DNA from: Thermococcus sp. JdFR-02
GTDB taxonomy: Archaea; Methanobacteriota_B; Thermococci; Thermococcales; Thermococcaceae
Assembly (NCBI GenBank): GCA_002009975.1
Contig: MTLP01000006.1
Location: 1 to 46,379, forward strand
Direction of reading: 5' to 3'
DNA: 46,379 nucleotides
Within the stretch, counting starts at the first letter, position 1. The number at the start of each line of letters is the position of its first letter. Below are positions 38,814-46,379 of the stretch, in pieces. The notes under the pieces were generated by a model. It worked only from the letters and a program-made list of their open reading frames with translations. It had not been told where the DNA came from and did no database searches. The translations under genes were made by a program, and so were the position numbers.

Positions 38814-39440
38814 ATGAGCGATGAACTTGTTGAGTTTTACGCGAGTGAAGCCCTAACATGCCCGAAACGAATTTATTATCGACTCAAAGGCTATCCTGAG
38901 AAATGGCCCATAACAGTTAAAAAAAGGCTTGATCAAGGGATTCAAGTTCATAACGTACTTGGGAGGATTTTAAAGGAGAGATTTAATTTTGAACTGGAGA
39001 AGCATATAATTCTAAAATCTTCCCGTTTGGGTTTTGAAATTCATGGAAGAATAGATGCCTATAATCAGTTTCCAATTGAGATAAAAGGTAAAACGAGCAT
39101 TCCAAAATTCCCCTTTGATTATCATTTGGCACAATTAAATATTTACATGCGATGGGCTGAAAGCGAATGGGGTTACCTTTATTATGTGCGGTTAACCAAA
39201 ACACCTGAACTTGTAAAGAAAACAATTGATTTTTCTCGCTTTCCTATTGTAAAAGGAAAAGGATTTAAGGCATTTGAAGTTCCCTACGATGAGAAGCTCT
39301 TTAAAGAAACAATTAAACATTTTTACATTATAAAGAAATACTATGAAAAAGACGTTCCTCCAAGAGGGTGGAACAACTATCTATGCAAATTCTGTCCCTA
39401 TTATTATCTCTGCTATGATGAAGATAATGGAAGAGATTAA
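38814..39440 (+). CDS. cas4: Stand-alone Cas4-family RecB-like nuclease
   Basis: CPKRIYY, G..VH, HGRID, IEIK, QLNIY and CKFCPY...C (four Fe-S Cys). Confidence 0.85.
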   Translation: MSDELVEFYASEALTCPKRIYYRLKGYPEKWPITVKKRLDQGIQVHNVLGRILKERFNFELEKHIILKSSRLGFEIHGRIDAYNQFPIEIKGKTSIPKFPFDYHLAQLNIYMRWAESEWGYLYYVRLTKTPELVKKTIDFSRFPIVKGKGFKAFEVPYDEKLFKETIKHFYIIKKYYEKDVPPRGWNNYLCKFCPYYYLCYDEDNGRD

Positions 39441-40315
39441 TCCTTCTTGAGTTTCCATTTTAGGTCTTCTTTAATCTCTGCTTTAATTAATCCTTTGTTG
39501 TAAAGCTCTGCTATAAGAGCCCTAATAGAAACCTGATTTAAAGCTAAAATCTCTGGAGTCATCTTTGCCCCAAATTCCATGATCAGATGATAAGAAAGTT
39601 CACTTATACTTCTAGGCTTCTTTAAAAGTTCCAAAATTTTCTTTTCTGCTTCTTCAACTCGCTTTAAGTTAAATTCTAATAAATTAATTGCTTTCTCCTC
39701 CTTAACCATTGGACCATGAGAAGGGATTAATAGAATCTGCTGCTCTGCATAATTAATTAATTCAACAATTGAAGCTTTAAACAATTCTGGATCAATAAGA
39801 TATGGAATCCCAACTGCCTTAATCAATCTTTCACCAAAAAAGCTGTCTGCAGCATATAAAACGCCATTTTCTCTATCAAAAAATCCAGTCATGCCCGGAG
39901 AATGACCATCAAGCTTTATTGCTTTTAAACCAAAAAGCTCATCATTCCACTCGAATATTGCATGAACCTTAATCTCATAGGGAAACTGATACACAAGAAA
40001 ACCTTTTGGTGCTTTTGAACCAAAGGTGAGTATTTCTCTATTTAAAGGACTTTCAGCAATGCTGAATTCATAACGATGCATGAATAAAGGTTTTTTAAGT
40101 TTTGGTGCAACGGCTATATGATCTGCATGCCCGTGGGTTGCTAAAAGTGCTTCAATTTCACAATTAAGCTTTCTAATCTCTCTTCTTAAGTCTTTATGCC
40201 TCCCACTGCCATTTCCAGGATCAACAAGAATAGCTTTTTCCCCATAAACTTTAATCATTGTTGAAGGACTTCCAGGATAGAGATAAAGGTTTTCCCCAAG
40301 TTCTCTTAAAGCCAT
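39437..40315 (-). CDS. Metallo-beta-lactamase-fold hydrolase with C-terminal wHTH
   Basis: VDPG, THGHADH, GHSPG, AAD and PSHG motifs. Start ATG 40315 after GGTGA. Confidence 0.88.
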   Translation of the reverse strand: MALRELGENLYLYPGSPSTMIKVYGEKAILVDPGNGSGRHKDLRREIRKLNCEIEALLATHGHADHIAVAPKLKKPLFMHRYEFSIAESPLNREILTFGSKAPKGFLVYQFPYEIKVHAIFEWNDELFGLKAIKLDGHSPGMTGFFDRENGVLYAADSFFGERLIKAVGIPYLIDPELFKASIVELINYAEQQILLIPSHGPMVKEEKAINLLEFNLKRVEEAEKKILELLKKPRSISELSYHLIMEFGAKMTPEILALNQVSIRALIAELYNKGLIKAEIKEDLKWKLKKD

Positions 40316-40383
40316 AATATCACCAAAAATAGAATTGCCTTCAAATGTTATTAACGTTTTTAAAAAAGAAATAAGGGAAAGAT

Positions 40384-41655
40384 TCACCACTTGCTCTCAT
40401 CTAATTCGCCTTCAGTTTTTGCAACTATTGTGGTTCCAGTCAAATCTCCAGTGACGTTTACCATTGTTCTACCCATGTCTAAGATTGCATCAATTCCCAA
40501 GATCATTGCATAGGCTAAAGCTACAGCAGTTCCTGGTTCTAGTTTAAGACCAACGCTCTCTAAGACCATTGCTAACATTATTGCTCCAGCTCCTGGAACG
40601 CCAGCTGTTCCAATTGAAGCTAGAACCGCTGTTAAGACTACAATCAATTGTTGACTAAATGGCAGGGGTTGTCCAATCGCGTTTGCAATGAAGAGTGCAC
40701 AAACACCTTGATACAAAGCAGTACCATCCATGTTGATAGTTGCTCCCAATGGTAGTGTAAAGGAGTAGATGCTCTTTGAAATACCCATTTTCTCATCCGC
40801 TACGCTCATTGTAACTGGCAAAGTACCACTTGAGCTTCTTGTAACAAAAGCTGTGACCATTGCATCTTTTGCCTTGCTTAGGAATTTTACTAGATCAATT
40901 CCAAAGAATCTAAGCAAGAGTCCGTACACAATGACTATCTGCAATATCAAACCCAAGTAAACGGCAAGAGTAACTTTGGCTAATGGACCAACGACTTTTG
41001 TTCCTTGCGTTCCCATAACTGCCGCTATCAAAGCAAATACACCTATTGGAGCATACTGCATAACTCCACCAACGATCTTATACATAGCCTCAGCGGCACC
41101 ATCAAACACTTTGTAGACCGTAGTTGCAGACTCTTTAATTCTCTCGTTTTCACTATTCATCAAATAGCTTATTGCAATTCCAAAGACTATTGCGAAGAAT
41201 ATGGTGGGTAAAACTTGTCCATTAGCTAAAGCAGCAAATGGGTTCTTAGGAACTATGTTAAGTAATGTTTGCACCAATGAGGGTGCTTGGGCTTGAATAG
41301 CCTTTCCTTCTCCAGCCCCTAACTGTAATCCAAGCCCGGGCTTAAAGATATTTGCCATTAACAAACCAAAGAACACAGCGACTGCTGATGTTATGAGATA
41401 ATAAACCACAATTTTTACTCCAACTCTTCCAAGTCTTGCTGGGCTAATGCTTGCAGCACCAACTACAAGCGATGTTAGAATTATTGGCATCACTAACATC
41501 TTTAGCAATCTAATGAACAAATCTCCAAGAGGCTTTATTACTGTTGCCTTCTCTCCAGCAATCAAACCAACAACTGCACCTAAAACCAAACCAATCAATA
41601 TTTTTTGCAATACAGGAAACTCCAAATACGATCTCAATAGACCCTTTTCTGCCAT
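40384..41655 (-). CDS. Na+/aspartate symporter (GltPh/GltTk, DAACS family)
   Basis: [23 protein letters not shown] and [12 protein letters not shown] motifs. Confidence 0.95.
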   Translation of the reverse strand: MAEKGLLRSYLEFPVLQKILIGLVLGAVVGLIAGEKATVIKPLGDLFIRLLKMLVMPIILTSLVVGAASISPARLGRVGVKIVVYYLITSAVAVFFGLLMANIFKPGLGLQLGAGEGKAIQAQAPSLVQTLLNIVPKNPFAALANGQVLPTIFFAIVFGIAISYLMNSENERIKESATTVYKVFDGAAEAMYKIVGGVMQYAPIGVFALIAAVMGTQGTKVVGPLAKVTLAVYLGLILQIVIVYGLLLRFFGIDLVKFLSKAKDAMVTAFVTRSSSGTLPVTMSVADEKMGISKSIYSFTLPLGATINMDGTALYQGVCALFIANAIGQPLPFSQQLIVVLTAVLASIGTAGVPGAGAIMLAMVLESVGLKLEPGTAVALAYAMILGIDAILDMGRTMVNVTGDLTGTTIVAKTEGELDESKW

Positions 41656-41691
41656 ACATCTACCCCCTGTATTCTTAGCTACATCAATGTA

Positions 41692-42450
41692 TCAAGCATA
41701 TCTAAGTGATACATCCCCGTATATTACTTTTTCCCTTTTGCCATTAGCCATTTCGACAATCAACGCACCAAACTCATCAATATCAAGGGCAGTCCCTTCA
41801 AATTCTCCCTCTTCGCTCAATATTCTAACTTTTTTGCCCAGAACTGCACTGTATTCCCTCCATTTATCCAATATCTCCGAATATCTGCCCTCTAAGAATA
41901 GCGTATACCAATGTTCAAGATGCCTCACTAGGCCTTTAAACACTTCCTCTATTGAAATCTTAACCCCTAAAACCTCGCTTAAAGACGTCGAGTCGCTTCT
42001 TATATTCTCCGGCAACTCATTTTTCTCGATATTAACATTTAATCCAATGCCAAGCACCACATAATCTATTTCGCTCTCCGAATACTTCCCTTCTACTAAT
42101 ATCCCACAAATCTTCTTTTCATTAACCAGAACATCATTGGGCCATTTTATCTTTGCCTCAACACCTAAATCCCTTAATGCTTCAACAACGGCTAATGCGC
42201 CAACAAATACAATCTTAGGTAGCCTTTTTGGTTCTATTTTCGGCTTTAAAATCACACTCATCCACAATCCACCTTTAGGAGAAGCCCATGCTCTAAATTT
42301 TCTACCATATCCTCTTACTTGTGTGTCAGTAACGATTATCGTTCCCTCATCCTCTTGAAAAGCTATTCTTTTTGCATATTCATTTGTCGAGTCAATTTTT
42401 TGAAAATAAATAACCTTCTTCCCCAAAATCTCAGTATCTAAACCAAACAT
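41692..42450 (-). CDS. birA: Biotin--protein ligase
   Basis: DSTN, QVRGYGR..RAW.SP.GG, KWPND, KICGIL and GIGLNV motifs; no N-terminal HTH. Confidence 0.92.
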   Translation of the reverse strand: MFGLDTEILGKKVIYFQKIDSTNEYAKRIAFQEDEGTIIVTDTQVRGYGRKFRAWASPKGGLWMSVILKPKIEPKRLPKIVFVGALAVVEALRDLGVEAKIKWPNDVLVNEKKICGILVEGKYSESEIDYVVLGIGLNVNIEKNELPENIRSDSTSLSEVLGVKISIEEVFKGLVRHLEHWYTLFLEGRYSEILDKWREYSAVLGKKVRILSEEGEFEGTALDIDEFGALIVEMANGKREKVIYGDVSLRYA

Positions 42451-42507
42451 TGTATCACCCATATTTTTATTTAGTCTTCAAGGTATTTTTAGATTTAGGC
42501 GATTAAA

Positions 42508-43644
42508 ATGAAAGTTGGATTAATTGTAAATCCAATAGCTGGCATGGGTGGAAAAGTTGCCCTTAAAGGAACAGATGGTGTTGTAGAAGAAGCAATAAAA
42601 AGAGGGGCAAAACCAATAGCCTTAGAGTTAGCAAAAGTTTTTCTTAGAGAACTCTCTCACTATGATGAAGTCAAAAAACTAAAATTTCTTACTGGAATGA
42701 GAGAATTAGGAGAATATGCTTTTAACGGATTAAACATTGAATTTAAAGTCCTAAAGCATAGAAATTTTTCATATAAAATTGTTGAAGGAATTAAGATACC
42801 TGAAACAAGTGCTGAAGATACCAAAGAACTTGTTAGATTAATGCTTGAAAATGGCGTTAAACTAATTATATTTGCCGGGGGAGATGGTACGGCTAGGGAC
42901 ATTTATAGCGTAGTGAAAAATACAATCCCTATTCTTGGAATTCCAACGGGAGTTAAAATGTATTCTGGAGTTTTTGCCTCATCCCCAGAAGATGCCGCTA
43001 AAATCGTTATTGCATTTTTAAATGATAAAGCTGAAATAAAAGATGAGGAAATACTTGATATAGATGAGGAAAGCTTTAGAAAAGACATAATTAGGGTAAA
43101 GAAATTCGGGACAGCTAAAACTCCTTATGCGAAAGATCTCATGCCAGGAGCAAAAGAACCAACTCCTATTAATGAAAATGAAGATATAGAGGCAATAGTG
43201 GAAGCACTAATTGAAGAGCTCGAAGATGGAATCTACTTTTTGGGTTCTGGTTCAACTTTAAAGCTCTTAAAAGACAAGCTCGGCATAGATGGAACTCTCT
43301 TAGGTATTGATATAGTCACAATTGAAAAAGGAAAGGCTAAGTTAATCGTAAAAGATGCTCAAGAAAAGGATCTGCTTTGCTTTGTTAATCACAAGCCAAA
43401 AATAATCATAACTCCAATTGGAGGACAAGGATTCTTGTTTGGGAGAGGAAATCAGCAGTTTAGTGCAGAAGTCCTAAGGCATGTTCCTAAGGAGAATATT
43501 ATTGTAATAGCTACTGCTTCGAAATTAAGCCATAGCAAAGTTTTGAGGATTTATACTGGTGATGAAGAGGTGGATAGAAAATTTAAGGGCTTTATTAAGG
43601 TTAGAATTTCACCATGGAGCGAAAAAATGGTAAAAGTTGTTTAA
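42508..43644 (+). CDS. ATP-NAD kinase-like family protein (COG3199 type)
   Basis: [26 protein letters not shown] and GRGNQQ motifs. Confidence 0.82.
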   Translation: MKVGLIVNPIAGMGGKVALKGTDGVVEEAIKRGAKPIALELAKVFLRELSHYDEVKKLKFLTGMRELGEYAFNGLNIEFKVLKHRNFSYKIVEGIKIPETSAEDTKELVRLMLENGVKLIIFAGGDGTARDIYSVVKNTIPILGIPTGVKMYSGVFASSPEDAAKIVIAFLNDKAEIKDEEILDIDEESFRKDIIRVKKFGTAKTPYAKDLMPGAKEPTPINENEDIEAIVEALIEELEDGIYFLGSGSTLKLLKDKLGIDGTLLGIDIVTIEKGKAKLIVKDAQEKDLLCFVNHKPKIIITPIGGQGFLFGRGNQQFSAEVLRHVPKENIIVIATASKLSHSKVLRIYTGDEEVDRKFKGFIKVRISPWSEKMVKVV

Positions 43645-43680
43645 TTGAAATCATAAAGTTTAAATCCACAAAAAGTTACG

Positions 43681-43697
43681 TATCACCAGAGGTGAGT
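43681..43697 (+). promoter_or_regulatory. TGM (TrmBL1/Tgr) site downstream of the fba TATA box
   Basis: TATCAC-CAGAG-GTGAGT lies between AAAG-TTTAAAT (~43655-43665) and the ATG, overlapping the RBS. Confidence 0.7.
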
Positions 43698-43700
43698 AAA

Positions 43701-44549
43701 ATGGAAAGCTATTCCAATGTTGGAAAGCAGATTAGATTAAGAAGAATCTTAAGAAGAAACGGAAGAGCATTAGTCTTTGCTATGGATCACGGCTTTGAAC
43801 ATGGACCAAGGGATTTTGAGCCAGTGTGGGAGCATGTAGATCCAAACATAATCCTGAAGAAGGTTATTAGGGCTGGGATTGATGCCATAATGACAACTCC
43901 AGGAATTGTGAGACTTTCCTATAAGCAGTTCCTTGGAAAAAACGTTGGTTTAATGATAAAGCTCACAAGCAAAACCGAGCTTAGACCAAAGGAAGATCAT
44001 TTATTGCAGAGTCCAATTGGATTTGTGGAAGATGCAATTAAATTAGGTGCAGATGCTGTTGCTGCAACCGTTTATTGGGGTTCACCCTACGAAGATGCTA
44101 TGACGAGGAACTTTGCAGAAGTAGCTAGCTTAGCCCATGAATATGGCTTAGGAGTTATTCAATTTGCCTATCCAAGAGGTCCTTACATCAACGAGAAGTA
44201 TGGAAAGAAAGAAGATTATAGGGTAGTTATGTATGGTGCAAGGGCAGCTGCTGAGATGGGAGCTGATTTAATCAAAACATACTGGACTGGTTCGAAGGAA
44301 ACATTTAAGAAGGTTGTAGATGCTGCAAGCGGAATTCCCGTTTTACTCAGCGGTGGTGCAAAGACAGAGACACCATTGGATTTCCTAAAGCTTGTTTGGG
44401 AAGTTCTTGAAGCTGGTGGAAGCGGAGCAGTTGTTGGAAGAAACATATTCCAAAGAGAAGATCCAGAACCAATGATTAAGGCTTTGCTTAGAGTAATCCA
44501 TAGAAACGAAGATCCAGAAGAAGCTGCAAAAGCGGAAGGGCTAATTTAA
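43701..44549 (+). CDS. fba: Archaeal class I (DhnA-type) fructose-bisphosphate aldolase
   Basis: [21 protein letters not shown] (Schiff-base Lys), SGG and GRNIFQ motifs. Start ATG 43701. Confidence 0.93.
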   Translation: MESYSNVGKQIRLRRILRRNGRALVFAMDHGFEHGPRDFEPVWEHVDPNIILKKVIRAGIDAIMTTPGIVRLSYKQFLGKNVGLMIKLTSKTELRPKEDHLLQSPIGFVEDAIKLGADAVAATVYWGSPYEDAMTRNFAEVASLAHEYGLGVIQFAYPRGPYINEKYGKKEDYRVVMYGARAAAEMGADLIKTYWTGSKETFKKVVDAASGIPVLLSGGAKTETPLDFLKLVWEVLEAGGSGAVVGRNIFQREDPEPMIKALLRVIHRNEDPEEAAKAEGLI

Positions 44550-44682
44550 ACCCATTTTCTTCAAATATTTTTATTAATTATTGACGTGTTTTAACAAGCT
44601 TTTGTTCAAAGAAGTTTTTATACTTTGATTGCGTTCTTTATGGAATAAAACAAATTGTTATATTCTAAGAGAGGTGGTGAGG

Positions 44683-46379
44683 ATGGTCGAGATTATAGAC
44701 ACTACATTTAGAGATGCTCATCAATCATTAATAGCAACCAGAATGAGCACATATGATATGCTACCAATCGCTGAAAAAATGGACAGAATTGGCTTTTATT
44801 CAATGGAAGTTTGGGGAGGAGCCACTTTTGACGCCCCGCTGCGCTTTTTGAGGGAAGATCCTTGGGAAAGGCTTAGACTTTTAAGGGAGAAGATAAAGAA
44901 AACAAAACTCCAAATGCTCCTTAGAGGGCAAAACATCGTCGGATACAAACACTATCCCGATGATGTTGTTGAAAAGTTTGTTGAACTGGCTTATAAAAAT
45001 GGAGTAGACATTTTTAGAGTCTTTGATGCTCTAAACGATGTAAGGAATATGAGGGTTTCAATTAAAAAAGCAAAAGAAGTTGGTGCAGAAGTTCAAGGTT
45101 CAATTTGCTACACAATCAGCCCTGTTGACACTCTTGAACGCTACATGAAGCTTGTTGATGAGTTAATAAGCTTAGATGTGGATTATATAACGATTAAAGA
45201 CATGGCAGGTCTTCTGGATCCTCAAATGGCATATGAGCTAATTAAAGAAATTAAAGAGCGCTACGGGATTAAAGTTGATGTTCACACTCATGCAACGAGC
45301 GGTCTAGCTGTGGCAACTTATTTAAAAGCTGTTGAAGCTGGAGCAGATTTTATTAACACTTCAATTCATCCGCTAGCCGGTGGCACAGCCCAACCTGCAA
45401 TTCAGACCCTCTATTATGCACTTCCAGAAAAACATAGACCTAAGATTGATATGAAAATTATAAACGACATCTCAAAATATCTTGATAAACTTTTAGAGGA
45501 GAAATATGACCATCTTTTAAGCAAAAAAGCAGTAAGAGGAGACCCAGCTGTTCTAATCCATCAAATTCCGGGTGGTATGTATTCTAACCTAATAAGGCAG
45601 TTAAGTGAGTTTAAGGCATTAGATAGGCTTGAAGAGGTTTTAGAGGAAGTTCCGAGAGTTAGAGAGGAACTTGGCTATCCTCCTTTAGTCACTCCAACCT
45701 CACAGATAGTTGGAATACAAGCCGTTTTTAATGTCCTTTTTGGAAGATACAAGCAGATAACAGAAGAAACTAAGAACTACGTTAAAGGTCTTTACGGAAA
45801 ACCCCCAGCACCAATAAAGGAAGAGATTAAAAAGTTAATTCTTGGGGATGAAGAACCAATAACTTGCAGACCTGCTGATCTATTAGAACCAATGCTGGAA
45901 AAAGCTAAAAAAGAGCTCGAAGAGAAGGGATATTTACAAAAAGAAGAGGATATCGTTACTTATTGCCTGTTCCCACAAGTTGCCCTAGAGTTCTTTGAGT
46001 TGAGAAAGAAAGGTGAACTTAAACCAGTTGAAGAGAAGCCAAAAGGAAAAATAATTAAGATTTGGGTTGGAGGAAGAGAATACGAAGTTGGCGTTGAAGG
46101 AATTGAGTTAGAAGCTTTGACAGTACCCACTTTTGTTCCTCAAATATCCCCACAAGAGCAGAGCCCACAATCCATTAGTGCTTCATCTGTTTCTCCTCCT
46201 CAAGCTATCCAGCCTCCAATGGTAGCTCCCCCTATGCCAAAAGAAGAAGTCCGTGAAATTGCTCCAGGTGCAGTTACGGCTCCTATGCCTGGTAAGGTTT
46301 TGAGGGTTTTGGTTAGGGAGGGTGATAGGGTTAGTGTGGGTCAGGGTTTGTTGATTCTTGAGGCTATGAAGATGGAGAA
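44683..46379 (+). CDS. oadA: Oxaloacetate decarboxylase alpha / pyruvate carboxylase subunit B with biotinyl domain; partial, runs off window end
   Basis: Manual translation: MVEIIDTTFRDAHQSLIATR, WGGATFD, QMLLRGQN, IKDMAG, HTH, HQIPGGM, GYPPLVTPTSQ, a P/Q/S-rich linker and APMPGKV...EAMKME. Confidence 0.92.
   Translation, partial: MVEIIDTTFRDAHQSLIATRMSTYDMLPIAEKMDRIGFYSMEVWGGATFDAPLRFLREDPWERLRLLREKIKKTKLQMLLRGQNIVGYKHYPDDVVEKFVELAYKNGVDIFRVFDALNDVRNMRVSIKKAKEVGAEVQGSICYTISPVDTLERYMKLVDELISLDVDYITIKDMAGLLDPQMAYELIKEIKERYGIKVDVHTHATSGLAVATYLKAVEAGADFINTSIHPLAGGTAQPAIQTLYYALPEKHRPKIDMKIINDISKYLDKLLEEKYDHLLSKKAVRGDPAVLIHQIPGGMYSNLIRQLSEFKALDRLEEVLEEVPRVREELGYPPLVTPTSQIVGIQAVFNVLFGRYKQITEETKNYVKGLYGKPPAPIKEEIKKLILGDEEPITCRPADLLEPMLEKAKKELEEKGYLQKEEDIVTYCLFPQVALEFFELRKKGELKPVEEKPKGKIIKIWVGGREYEVGVEGIELEALTVPTFVPQISPQEQSPQSISASSVSPPQAIQPPMVAPPMPKEEVREIAPGAVTAPMPGKVLRVLVREGDRVSVGQGLLILEAMKME

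Noticed and set aside
38814-39440. cas4 as a sign of a CRISPR-Cas locus
   Set aside because: No repeat-spacer array and no other cas genes in the window; the neighbours are housekeeping genes.
41447-42064. 205-aa plus-strand ORF
   Set aside because: Antisense shadow of the glt and birA genes, Ser/Pro-rich, no RBS.
46120-46270. Pro/Gln/Ser-rich low-complexity stretch
   Set aside because: Ordinary flexible linker preceding a biotinyl domain.

Overview
AT-rich archaeal chromosomal segment whose gene content and signals (GGTGA RBS, BRE/TATA promoters, SurR- and TGM-type sites) point to Thermococcales. Most of it is core genome: a partial archaeal AAA ATPase (DUF234-type), the four-gene group 3b cytoplasmic [NiFe] sulfhydrogenase operon, an RsmB/Fmu methyltransferase, TldD/TldE, cytX-thiD(N), a BMP-type nucleoside ABC transporter, MATE, L37e-Sm, glyS, gap, nikR, tRNA-Thr(CGT), an Hrq1/MrfA-type DUF1998 helicase, taw2, a box C/D guide sRNA followed by a solo Cas4, a GltPh-type transporter, birA, fba and a partial oadA/pycB. 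A more variable stretch (~26.3-37.3 kb) holds a GIY-YIG mini-gene behind the tRNA, a membrane-anchored 698-aa putative transglutaminase-like protein, a lipoprotein plus HEPN-like gene pair, an M23-like protein and a second ATPase-wHTH-nuclease gene. The most striking features the gene list does not explain are: (i) tandem palindrome arrays between the TATA box and start codon of both ATPase genes, each with its own sequence, plus a third orphan array between convergent genes; (ii) sharply bounded tracts in which nearly all codons end in G or T, located in domains normally shared between paralogues. No CRISPR array, integrase, transposase or rRNA was seen. All calls come from reading motifs by eye; no database searches were run.
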